Shown: piece after piece, positions 22,875 through 35,184 of the stretch
Position numbering within the stretch: position 1 is the first letter of the stretch
Layout: each line of letters opens with the position of its first letter
DNA from: Amphiscolops sp. MND2022
Lineage: Eukaryota
DNA: 60,000 nucleotides
Direction: 5' to 3'
Assembly (NCBI GenBank): GCA_964187785.1
Contig: OZ076409.1
Span: 27,840,001 to 27,900,000 of the forward strand
The notes under the pieces: generated by a model
Database searches by the model: none
What the model saw: the letters and a program-made list of their open reading frames with translations, nothing else
What the model was told of the DNA's origin: nothing
Made by a program: the position numbers and the translations under genes

Positions 22875-22949
22875 CCACCACGTGTCTATGTGTAACCAAT
22901 TTCATAACAAAGAGTGTCTCATAGTAACTAGATTGACAATGAACGCAAT
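22875..22949 (-). repeat. Right inverted repeat flanking the tyrosine recombinase gene
   Basis: Reverse complement reads ATTGCGTTCATTGTCAAT ... CACTCTTTGTT-atgaaa-TTGGTTACACATAGACACGTGGTGG. Confidence 0.85.
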
Positions 22950-23600
22950 TTTTTCTGCCATAAGATGTCTGTAAGAAAAATTGGTCACCTGGTGTGATCA
23001 AAAAATTCATTCATAAAGAGAACCTTTTTTAGCTCATTAGAAATTCAAAAAACTTGAAGCGAGAGCCTTTTCAAGGATTTTGTGAAACTCTGAAAAATGT
23101 GGCACACTTCCGAAAAAACTTTGGATACAAAAAGACAAATTGATAACTGATTTTCTCATTTATAACAGAATGTTTTTAGCCATGAGCGTGGCAAAACATC
23201 AACTGTTCAAATTAGTTACCTTCAGTTCTCTTTACATTATTTCATGATTCTGTCAAATAAAGGAAACTGTGAAGCCCGTTGACGTGTCACACCAAGATTA
23301 ATTTTTCAAGAAGGAACTCTAACGCAATGAATAGTGAAATTTAATTGCCCGTTCAAGTAAATTGAGACAGAAGGCTTTTGAATTAAGGAGCCAGACCATA
23401 GCGTAAGGATGAGCCAAAATTTATGCAACTCATCCAACTACAATGAAATTTAGGCAAAGGTTGAATGTCATCGGGAATCAACTTCCACAAATTGAAATGA
23501 CTCAATTTGTGAGCTCTTTGCAATCTGTGGTATTTATGAATCATTTGAGGGAGACGTCCAAAATATTTTAAATTAATATTTGGATGATGAAATACCAACT

Positions 23601-23793
23601 TGTAGAGAGTGCAGACAATTAACTTAATTAGTCTTTATGCTATTTACTACATTTGTATTGTTGATGTTCTTTTGTCTAAATACCTGCCACTTAAGTGCAG
23701 ATGATCTACAATCATATAGCTCGAATAGTAAGCAAGAAAACAATTGAGTTTTGTACTGAAATACTTCTTCAACCATAAAGCTAGAATACAACA
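23601..23793 (+). repeat. 5' LTR of element 2
   Basis: TGTAG...CAACA; repeated at 29464-29656. Confidence 0.95.
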
Positions 23794-23860
23794 AGGCGCA
23801 GTCAGAATAGCTTTAAAGCTAAACACGATTTACACCAAAAAGAAAAAGTAACCATTCAAC

Positions 23861-26800
23861 ATGGAAGAAAATACGGGAGACGGAGAAAACACACAGACGT
23901 CAGCGGGCACACAACGAGACGGACAAATGTTACCGAACGACACAATGAACAGGACGGTAGACCGGACCTGCACCCAGAAGCTCACCATTCCCACGCTAGA
24001 AAAGCCCACGCAAGCATGTGGTGGAGAAAATTCGTCCAATACATAAAAATGACGAAAGACATAGATTTGTCAACCATGACAAACAGTAAAGAAATCCTAA
24101 CACAATACCGTGAACAACTCGAAACCGATATAAAAGACATTTTTATCTGGGCAATCGGACAAAATGCTATCACGGAGATGACAGAGACGGTCAGGGAAAG
24201 AGAACCGAGCTCATTACCATTATATAAACTGTACACACTCTTCCGACTACACTTCACCCCAGAGAGAAACGTACACCATAGCAGAGCCAACTTCTTTGAT
24301 TTGAAACGGGAAGACGGCGAAACTGCAGCAGATGTATGGAAACGGATATTAGAAGTAGAAAAGAACTGCGAATTTGAAACAGTTACCGCAGCAGAACTTG
24401 TAGCATCAAAATTTTTGTCACTCATCGGTAAATCAACCGGTGATTACGACTTAAAAAAGAAAATCAGAAAGAGTGACATGTCGGTAGAAGCCATAACTGA
24501 TGCAATACATGAGTATATGTACGAAAAGTTAAACGACTCACCCGAAACAGAGGAAGAGAAGAAAATCCGATATGTAAATAAACGAAAAACAAAAACCACA
24601 AAAGAACAACCAGAAAAACCGGCAAAATTTAAAAAGATCGACTGCAACCGTTGCGGAGCACCGAACTGGTCACGCCAACATGAATGTCCCGCCAGAGGAA
24701 AGAAATGCGCAAAATGCGGCAAAATCGGCTATTTTGCTAAATGCTGCCGCGCAAACAAAAGAGTAAACCACTTAATGGAAGGCGAAACAAGCAGCGCGGG
24801 TGAAGATGACTGGACACCGAACACAATCCATTCAGTAAAACAAAAGATACACTCAACCCGGTCGATGAGCAGCAAGGGACCGGAATTCTTCACAGTCACC
24901 GCATTGGTCAATAACCGACCAATCAAATTTATAATAGACAGCGGCTCACCAGTAACGCTAACACCAAAATCACAATTCAACAAGTTAACACCACTACGTC
25001 CCCTGGAAACAGAATACCGGGACGTGAATGACAACCGGATACGATTTGAAGGGAAAACAACCGCGAAAGTAGAAATTAACGCAACCCGAAAAGAACTGGA
25101 GCTCTTAGTAACAACCAAGAAAACAAACCCCTTGCTAGGTTTGGACTGGATGAAAAAATTGGGAATAACACTGGAGACCGGTACGACCGTCCCACAAATA
25201 CACCAAATAAAAGAAGACCCAAACGTAACAAAATTAAAAACGAAATTCAAAAAACTGTTCAACGAAAACCATACAGTAAACAGGCTAGAAGTAAAAATAC
25301 AACTGAAAGAAGACGCAAAACTGATACAACGGAAAGGAAGACCCATACCGATACATTTACAACAATCGGTGGAAAAAGAAATTGAAAAGTTAATAAAACA
25401 AGGACACATCGAAAAGGCCAACAACATCGACGAAAATTGCTTCGTAAGCCCAGCAGTAATCACGGTAAAGAAAGATAAATCCGTAAAAATAGCGTTAGAT
25501 TCGAGAAAGCTAAACGAAATAACCGTGAAACGAAAAGCTCAAATGCCGAACATGGAGGAGCTGATTTCGAGAATATCGAGAAAAATAGCAGATGGCCCAG
25601 CAGACGAAATCTGGATCTCCAATTTCGATTTAGATTACGCCTATGGTCAGCTCATACTCTCAAAATCAGCCAGAAACGTGTGCATATTCGCTGTAATCGG
25701 AGGAAACTTCACCGGTTACTACCGTTTCCTAAAAGGGTTCTACGGGTTAGCGGATATACCGACGATCTTTCAAGAAAAGATCGACCAGACACTGGAAAAC
25801 AAACACCCAGCATGGTTAGACGATATTATCGTGGTAACGAAGGGATCTAAAGAAGTACACATGAAAGAACTAATCGACGTCCTAACCAAGCACGAAAACG
25901 CTGGATACAGACTGAGCAAAACAAAATCCGAATTTTTCAAAACAGAAATTGAATGGATCGGTCACCGGATAGATCAAGCCGGAATCCGACCGCTACAAGA
26001 CAAGTTACTGGCTATAAAAGAACTGAAACAACCGAACAACGAAAAGGAACTAAAATCTTTTCTGGGAGCCATCCAGTATTTGTCAAAGTACATTGACAAT
26101 CTTGCCGCCCAAACTGACAGTTTGAGACAGCTGTTGAAAAAAATAACAAATGGCTCTGAACGGAAGAACACACGCTGGCTTTCGAAAATTTAAAACAAAA
26201 GATCACGGAAATACCGTGTCTAGCACATTACAATTCCGACTATCCAAACGTAATAACAACCGACGCAAGCACAAAAGGCTTAGGGGCAACCTTATGGTAA
26301 GAACAACCGAACGGAACACTAAAACCCATCGGTTTTGCAAGTCGCTTCCTATCAGACACAGAAAAAAATACGCCATTAACGAGCTCGAATTACTGGCAGT
26401 AGTTTGGGGCCTAGAACATTTCCGTCTATATATTTACGGTAAACCTATTAAACTCTTGACGGATCACCAGGCATTAGAACCATTAATTAAACGAAATCGT
26501 TCCAATAAAACATATAGCGCACGTTTAACACGGTGGTTGGACCGGTTAGCCCATTTTACGATCAACGTAAACCATATAGCCGGCAAACATTTAGCTCTCA
26601 CGCATTATCTAAGCAGAAATCCGGTATTACCACCACAAGTGGACGACAGGTACGACGAAGCATACGTAATCAATAATATCATTCCACACTACAGCTTCAT
26701 CTCCGAATACGGTTGCCTTAGCAACCACACGAGCCAATCAGAAAACGGTACCGAGAAAAGCGAACGCAAATCAAACAACGAGCCATTGACAAACGACACG

Positions 26801-29451
26801 CGTAAACAAACTGCCATTGATTGCCTTTACAGCGATGTACACACACGCTCAAATTCAAACAAACCGAATAATTCAAAGCATACCACATTACCAAGGGATG
26901 CTAGAACAATCGAAAACATCGAAACGAGATTTAATTCCGCCGAAATAACCGAGCTAACGACTCGGTGGAAAGAAATTGTAAAACCCGGAAATTATCGCAT
27001 GACCGGGGGGAGATGGAAACGCTACCATGAACCCAAATTCCTTCGCAATGAAAGGAAAATCATATTAGAACGATTACAACAACTTACCAGTAATCAACAA
27101 CCAAAAGACTTTCGACAAATTATCGGACCGCAACACAAAGGGGGCTATAAACCACTAACCGGTCACTCCGAGCAATGGACAGTGGATCTATTCTGGGAAA
27201 TGGACCGACCAACCCCAGTGGAACAACACCAACCAGACAAACCTGGCCCATCCTCCGCACCGATCCCCATGGAAGAAGGTGAGATCGACTCAGAAACAGA
27301 CCAAGACCCTTCGGTCCTAGAAGTGCCAGCGATAAACTGGGCACGATATGTCGGGGTAAAAAGTGTCCAGTATGTAAAGATGGGACACGCACCAAGAATT
27401 GCAGCCGAAGAGCAAAATGACTGGAACCTAGAACAGGCAGTGCGGGAGACAGAAAAGAACTTATCCACGGATTTGCAGCTAATAATGACTGAGACCACAA
27501 ATGACCCCAGCCTGTTAAAAACCCTGGTATGTCTCGAAAGACAACAACAAGAAATGATACCCGACGAGTACCAAATGGTCCGAAGAAAGCTATCCAGCCG
27601 GTTCGGTCTTGTCTTCATGGAAGACAGAATCATAGTGCCAAAGAACCTCCGAAACCACAGTCATCAGTCTTTTACACAAAGGACACCCAGCCATCAATAA
27701 GATGACCCTGGCAGCTCGACACTTCTGGTGTCCAAAGATGACGGAAGCCATACAGAAGAAAAGTGAAACTTGCATACCCTGCAAAATGTCCGGTAAGAGT
27801 ATAAAACCTAACATACCCAGCACGGAAAAAAAAACCTACCCCCGGTGCATAGCCCGAACGAAGAAATCCAATTGGATTTCATCGGACCAATCACGGATAA
27901 CAACCGTCGAGTCCATATACTACTGTCCATTGACCGGTACAGCAAATGGCCGGCAGCCAGTTTTTGTAAATATACCGACGGGGAAACGGCGGTAAAATTT
28001 TTTGAACAATACATTCAGCTGAACGGTATACCAAAGACAATCAGAAAAGATAAAGCAACTGCGTTCACGGGCCGCACTTTTCGCAATTTCTGCAAAAAAC
28101 ATTACATCAAACTGATTTACGGAACACCGTATATTCACACCCCCACAGGTTTAGTAGAACGAGGGGTCAGAACTCTGAAAGACAATCTTCTAACGAACAT
28201 TAAGGCCGGCGAGCGGTTCGGAAAAGCCTTAGACTTGTCATTAGACGTGATGAGAAAAACACCTCACACGAAACTAAAGAAATCCGCATTCGAACTACAT
28301 TACGGTCGAAAACCAAACACGGAAATATCCAATCTGTTAAACTTAGATAACTTGGAAAATCTAACAAAGAATTCCATTTCAGCGAAACCAGATACCTTAC
28401 AGGTATATTCATTCAGCGGAGTTGGCGGTGCCTCCGACCAGCTACCGATGAAGACAAGAAAAAACGATAAAGGAGTTAGTAATCAACCCTTTCTTTTTTT
28501 AGAAAAAAACATCAGAAATCAAAATTCGAAAGCGCATATACAGATAAACCGAATATAGCTATTTCGGAAACGAACCATACCGTAACAACGCCAAATGGAA
28601 GGATAATACACAAGAAATCCATTAGTAAACCCATCTGTGATTTTAACCAGGACTGCAACAACAACAGAGGAACCGGGCCGAGGGGACCAGACGGCCGGTT
28701 TACAAGATCACCATCAAAACCGAAGAGGGCATACGAGATCGAATCAGACACCGAGACACCGCCACCAGAGACAAGCAACCCAATCACCACGGACCAATCA
28801 GACAACGCCACGGTGAAAAAGGGCACGTATGGCAGAGGCAGACCAGTGATAGCAGTACGAGACCGGAGGAGCTCAAGCCCCCACCAACCCCCACCAGGAG
28901 GGATGAGCAACACTGGTCCACTTACCATCACCGCCGCCAACATGACAGACACGGAGATCAACCGTACTATCGAAGACGCTAGACAAGCGAACGATGAACT
29001 TTTTATCAGAGATGATAACGGTAAGGTGTTTAAAAATCTGACTTCTTTCCCTAAAACGGGGGAAGAGAACAACTTTGAAAATTCTGAATTAGACCTGATC
29101 AGTAATCTGAGCTCTAGCACCGAATTAGAAGCAGACATTAAACACGAAGAAGAAAAAACAATACGCAGATCAAAAAGACTAACAAAAACCAACCCAATTG
29201 TTAGATATAATAATCCAGTATGTCATGATTACAGGAAACATCGTAGAAAGGCTGAACTCGGAAGCAACACTGAGTCAAATGGAAACGGAAACAAACGACC
29301 CCAATTAGTCCATACAACAGACAACAAACTGACGTCACGGATAAACGCTCACCGTGACAACCATACAAGCAAGGATCGGGTATCCGTCCACAAACAACTG
29401 GACCATTGGAGGGACTACCGCCATACAGCAGAACCGAACATCAGTCAATAG
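23861..29451 (+). pseudogene. gag-pol of element 2 with multiple frameshifts and stops
   Basis: Fragments (e.g. 24016-26193, 26150-27700, 27845-28558, 28813-29451) are collinear with the element 1 polyprotein. Confidence 0.92.
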
Positions 29452-29463
29452 TGAGAGGGGAAA

Positions 29464-29656
29464 TGTAGAGAGTGCAGACAACTACCTTAATTAGTCTTTA
29501 TGCTATTTACTACATTTGTATTGTTGATGTTCTTTTGTCTAAATACCTGCCACTTAAGTGCAGATGATCTACAATCATATAGCTCGAATAGTAAGCAAGA
29601 AAACAATTGAGTTTTGTACTGAAATACTTCTTCAACCATAAAGCTAGAACACAACA
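29464..29656 (+). repeat. 3' LTR of element 2
   Basis: Direct repeat of 23601-23793, preceded by the PPT. Confidence 0.95.
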
Positions 29657-29808
29657 CAACTAATTAACGATAGGTGCATTTTGAGCAGTGAACATCTCTG
29701 TAAAGCATTAGCTAAGATGACTTCAAAACACTGGGGAAAGTCTCGCAGAAGTTTTTGATGAGATAAAGTGTTAATCCAAACGTCTTATTTTTCTGCTAAT
29801 AGCTTATT

Positions 29809-31010
29809 TCAATGTTTTGATAGAATGAAGTCCAAAGTCAGATTTTTGTCTCCCAAAAATAAATATGAGCCAGGACGCAAACCTTCCCAAGTAATATACT
29901 TTTGTGATGGGTACCTCCAAATCCCCTTTTTAAAATTCCAGTAGCCGGTTCCAAAAGTCCTTTCTCCTCTAATCGCGAGTCTGAATTTACATTCAAACTC
30001 TGGAACTGGATTGTCCTTCACAATACTGTTGCAGTGGACTATGATTTTGAGACCATTTTGTAATAATGTACCATTGTTCGAGGCCTCTATCCAAAAGCGA
30101 ATATGTCCAAATGTCATATTATCAGATGCAGCGATGGCGTCCATAGAGTGTACAAAAGTTATCCTCGATAGAAAGGAAGGCGGAATGGTTGTTTGTGAGG
30201 TTGTTCACGGCGAGTGTACTCTTTTCGTGAAATAAGACACATCGAACGACATGACTGGTCAGAAGAGACCGCTGCTGGTGAAGAAGACCCAACAGAAGAT
30301 TGTTCAGATAATTCAGTGCAGAGGGAAGTAGTTGAGGAAGCAGGCGATTCTCTTCCACAGGCCACGAGAGTGTTTTCAGAAATAGCCAAAAAGTTTCGTT
30401 TCCGCAAGTTAACGTTTGACAGATGCATTAGAAAAGGCATTTCCGGCACACTTTTCCCCGGAATTTCGTTGCGTAATATTTTGCTATAGTTGTCAGCATC
30501 TTTCTTATCCGATTGCAACTTCTCAAGCTCTGCCATCTTGCAATCGATTTTTTTCTCCAGAATTTTCTTGTATTTCGTTAAACCATCCTTTAGAGGCATT
30601 TCAAACTGAGATTCGATTTTATCCACGAAATGTTTTCTCAACTTTCTCATAGAATGATTGTCATGGTCTTCATCGATGCACTTTTCGCATATCATGATAT
30701 TACACTCTGTACACCAAAAGGTACATTCTTCCGCCGTGTGCATAAAACATGGCAAGTGTACTTTCTTGTGAGTTCGCAGTGCCTGGACCTGTAGGAAATC
30801 GCGGATTCCATACAGAGGTTTCAGCGCCTCTATTGTAACTTGAGGATGTACAACACGACAGACAGCGCACCGCAAGCCTTCTCGGATATCCAAACTGTTC
30901 AGGCATCCCCGTGAAGGGCCACAGAATGAATGCCCACACGGTAGAGCTCTAGGGTCTTCCACATCAACTAGGCAAATCGCACATTTGGGGAACTCAGCCT
31001 CAACTTCCAT
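29809..31010 (-). pseudogene. Intronless TRIM-like gene: RING, B-box, coiled coil, MATH/TRAF-like C-terminus; frameshift near 30160-30260
   Basis: CAIC..LPCGHSFC..C..CAVC RING and CFMH..FWCTECNIMICEKC...H..H B-box. ORF 29809-30144 has a MATH-like beta pattern (FWIEA..GLKIIVHC..FECKFRL..KYITWEGL..LTLDF). Confidence 0.75.
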
Positions 31011-31183
31011 GGTAACCCAATGCTAAAACATGCAAACTTTTTTGAACGCCATTTGACCTGCCACGCTTCTCATATGACTTTTCTAAATACGGAATCTGGT
31101 GTCCAGATCTTTAGATGCGACATTATACTATAACAAATGACGAAAGTTTTCACGGATTATTATTGCTCCAGCAAACTTTCAAG

Positions 31184-31239
31184 GAACGTTACTCCCGACC
31201 TAATTTCTGATGACAATATTTCTGACGACGTAATTTCTG
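31184..31239 (-). repeat. Inverted degenerate copy of the end of the 15-bp array and its flank
   Basis: GAACGTTACTCCCGAC..ATTTCTGATGACAATATTTCTGACGACGTAATTTCTG aligns to the reverse complement of about 19908-19966. Confidence 0.7.
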
Positions 31240-31447
31240 GTAAGCGTGGATAATTTCCTAAATACAAAAACGTAAATATGATCCATCATATCTAACGTAC
31301 TCTTCCTCTTACGGAAACTTCAATATTTTATATCAATGGAAAAATAAATAGCAAATGTTGATGTTAAGCCCAGCCGCCATGTTGAGTTAAACGAAAAGTT
31401 TGTTTTTAATGTGAATCCGATCTTAACTTAATCTACGGAATCTACTA

Positions 31448-31981
31448 CCCGTACTGACAACCCATGGTAACCCACCACTGGCCATCGGTGGACCACCAGT
31501 GGAGGCAATTTTGGATAATCAGTCACTACTTCCACCGGTGGTCACCGGTGAAATTTTTTTCAAAAAAAATGTATTGTGAATTATGGAAAATTATTGAAAA
31601 TTATTTCATTATGGAATCCGAAGGTTATTTAAATTTTCAAAAATTTACTTCTGCACTCAAGAAGTTCAGCAGCAATTGAGACTATTTTGGTACCGCGTGT
31701 ACGCGAGTCGCGATGTTGGTAATGCAACAGAATATAGCTAAGGCAAGACAAACAAACTACAAAGCTGATAGCACAGAGGTAAATGCTGGAGTGTCAACAA
31801 AATTAATGCAGGTTCGCGTCACGATTTTTGCAATATTTTGTATACAACATGAAATTTTCCCCCACCGGTGGCCACTGGTGGTCCACCACTGGCCACCACA
31901 AAATGTGTCATGGCCACCGCAGTGGGCTGCGATGGCAAGTGCGGTGGCCACCGGTGGGTTACCCTGGGTTGTCAGCACGGG
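31448..31981. mobile_element. MITE with CCC..GGG ends and 2-bp (TA) TSD
   Basis: 29-bp TIRs CCCGTACTGACAACCCATGGTAACCCACC / GGTGGGTTACCCTGGGTTGTCAGCACGGG (2 mismatches), subterminal CCACCGGTGG repeats, TA on both sides. Confidence 0.88.
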
Positions 31982-32907
31982 TAACTACCGACTATCACCG
32001 AATGAAAGCTGAATTTTAGTAATCAAAACTGAAGCGAAAGTGACCGCTGTTTGGCATTATATATAAATTTTAAGGATTTAAAAAGCGCAGAAGCTGGCTT
32101 TTCGATGAAAACTAGCATTATTTGCTTTTAAAAATTAACCAAAATTTAATTGATCGAAGGTTGGGACTTTCAAAAAGATATTTCAGTTTCGTGAATTATG
32201 AAACGTCTTCGAAAAAATTCAAGAAAAACAAAAGATAGAAATATCTTTAATATGGCAAAAAAAGGGAAAAACAACGCAAAAAACGTATTGCTGTCCACCG
32301 AGTGTTCACTATCTATTGTTCTTTGCCGATGGTTGTCAATGTTCTTTGGCACTTTCATGATTTGATGTACAAGGGGGTATCAAGTCTATAGTGAGTTTAT
32401 TCAACGCCTCGAAGATCCGTTGCCGTGAAAATCGTTGATACTTGAATTTTCATGTCGATAGAAACAAACTTTCACAAGAACATTTTGCCTCAAAATTGTT
32501 TTTTTTTACTGAAGACCTCATGAGACAAGCTATCACATCCACTTCCAACCAGAAAACGTAAAGTTGGAAGCTAGAACGATGACAAAAATGGAAAATCATT
32601 CGATCGTTTTGTTTCGAATCGTTCGATTTGTTTGCAAGAATCCAATACTAATAACTGCCTATGGAAATACCCACGGCCCCGAAAATAAATCTTTCAGAGT
32701 TGCTGCAAACTGTATCGCCTTTCGTTAGAAAGCGATATGACAAGCCTAGGACTTCTACTATTTCAACCGGATGAACTTTCAACCGCTTGCAATATCAACC
32801 GACGCACCTTCAACTTGTTTTACTTATTTCAAGTTGTTCTTTGCGAACCTCCTAAAACTAATTAAACACATTCAAAGCGCGGCAAAATAAAAGCACACAA
32901 ATTGTGA

Positions 32908-33305
32908 ACAAGCCGGGAACGGCCCAAGTCGGCGCCATATCTAAGGCTCAAAAATAGCAGAAGGACTTCAAAATGTCAAAGTATTGGTGAATTGGGGACC
33001 CTTTTAAGAAAAAACAACAAAAGCTCTCAAAAAACTAAAAATTGAGAAAAAAATTTTTTTGAAATTTTTTTTCGAAGTTTCCGGTAAGTCGCATAGTGCC
33101 GAAAAATGTAAAAGGAGGGACGCTTTTTACCTCATGTTTGACGCTTTGGATGCGTTGAAAATGAAGTACTAAGTACATATGGTAAAAGTTGGTAAATGTG
33201 CATTAATTGGATTAATGCACAAAAGTGGACGTACGCGTTGAACTGACGAAAAAAAAACAAGCCACTGTAAGAGTCGGGATTTTCTTCGAAAACGCCGACT
33301 AAAAA
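32908..33305 (-). mobile_element. HINE copy 4 (diverged subfamily)
   Basis: ACAAGCCGGGAACGGCCCAAGTCGGCGCCATATCTAAGG ... AACGCCGACTAAAAA. Confidence 0.72.
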
Positions 33306-34977
33306 GCATAATATTCACGCATTCAGAACTTCCAATGCGCTAAAATTCAAGATAACAAAATGACAGAAGGACGTAAACAAACGGTGCAGTTTCCATGCGT
33401 AAACGCAATTTCCATTCAACAACAAGCCCAACGCGTTCTCAAACTTACCATCCATTAAAAGTTTCAACGGGTAGTGACCGAAATTTTGTGAAAAGTGTTT
33501 CTTGTGTAAGTTTCAATTGAACGCCAGCAATCTTTGAAAGTCAGCTAACGATGAAGACTTTTTTGAAACAAGTTACAATTAACAAATTAGATATCTGCTG
33601 GTCCTTTGAAAGGTTACACCCTGAAAAATTACCCCTTGAACTTCAGTTACAATTCTTTAATTAGATATGTGCTAGTCCTTTTTAAAAAATTGGTCTGATT
33701 TCTCTTCCACGCGCTTGTGGTTTCAATACCGCTGTCGTTCTGGAGAATTGGTTTGAACTCATCGCGAATGTCAAATGGTGGTCAATGGGGGCGCAGGTCT
33801 CACTTATATTCTATTTATTGTTGCTTTCGGCAAGCTGTGTCAATCTCGCTGTTTGGTTGACAATTTGTTGAGGTGAATTAAAAGCTTGTGACAGTCATTC
33901 TAACTAAGCACCACGTTCTGTTTAGCCTTCAAAACAGACGCGCCTTTGATTGGATAATACTTCGTGGATCTCGAGCGAATGCCACGCCAAGTAATTCGTT
34001 TTTAGTCTGGGCGTTTCGTATAAATTTTGTGTCACCACTATTACAGTGGCAAGTTTGTTCCTATGTCTCCTTCTGAAAAGACACTTTTATTGTTCGGTTT
34101 GATCAACTAAACGAATGCCTCGGAAACGCGTCTAAATTGGTGCAAAGGTTTATCTTTTCGTTGTCCTTTTTTACGTATCATTCAAAACCAGAAAAGACTA
34201 AATTTTTGCAGTTTTGAATATTTTTTGAAGTCTCTTATTGTCAACGAACGTCCCGTTTCAGTTTTTTTTTAAAACGTACGACCAAAGTGGATGATAATAG
34301 GCTCACAGATTAGCCTGTTCATATTGTTCGGCACCATAACTGTTCCAAAATACTTATGTTTTGTCTGAAACTAAGTTTTCTGATTCTGAATAGAGCATTA
34401 TTTTTTTCAGCACTCCGAAATTTGGACGTTATATCCGACGTAGTTTGCCTTTTACTACGAGGAAATTCGGAAATGAGCCTTCCTTTTCGTCCCAACACGC
34501 TATATCCGAAATTTGACGTCAGAACTTAAGTCTATTGCGTTTTTGTGAATCGGAAAAAATTGTCGATACTTTTGTACTCTTTTTTCTTCCGACCTTGGAA
34601 TGAATGTTCGAGTTCCTGTCCTTACAATTTTTTTTAATTTGAGAACAATTGTTCATTTTACACCCAGAGGTGCTGCGCCGCAATGACATCAAAATGATAT
34701 GATCTGGAGAAGATACAACCATTTTTGGACTTTTCCGATTTTCTCTGATACTGTTCATAAGATTCAAACGAATTTTTTAAAAAATATTTCAACACCCAAT
34801 TAGGGTCCTGTGTGTGTCCTGGGATCTGGAAAACAGCCAAAAATCACCAATTGACAATAAATACGTAGTTTGTTTCCCAATAATTTGATCCGTTTCTAAC
34901 TCCTTTGCTATCTTTTGGTTCCGGTACTATGATGGAGGCCAGGGTTCGGAAAAAACGCGCCCATATGACTCAGTACC

Positions 34978-35168
34978 TGTGACATGACGTCATATTATGT
35001 ACTTATTTACATACATGCTAAAAATAGTAGTACTGACAATTTAGTACCAGTCAATAGTACTACCATGTAACATACATATGCTGACCTATTCACTTAACCT
35101 TTATACTTTGATACAGAATAGAAGCTTCAGCATTACATTCTTTTCATACTTATTTGTGAGATACAACA
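34978..35168 (+). repeat. 5' LTR of element 3
   Basis: TGTGACA...CAACA; repeated at 40705-40895. Confidence 0.95.
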
Positions 35169-35184
35169 TGGCGCAGTAAGCAAG

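Larger units (their letters stand above)
23601..29656 (+). mobile_element. Full-length Ty3/gypsy (Mag-like) LTR retrotransposon 2, decayed
   Basis: 193-bp LTRs at 23601-23793 and 29464-29656 (3 differences seen); TSD CAACT; PBS aGGCGCAGTCA; PPT GAGAGGGGAAA. Confidence 0.96.

Noticed and set aside
20505..29656. DIRS-type element made from the YR plus neighbouring RT
   Set aside because: The RT belongs to a self-contained gypsy element with its own DDE integrase, LTRs and TSD.
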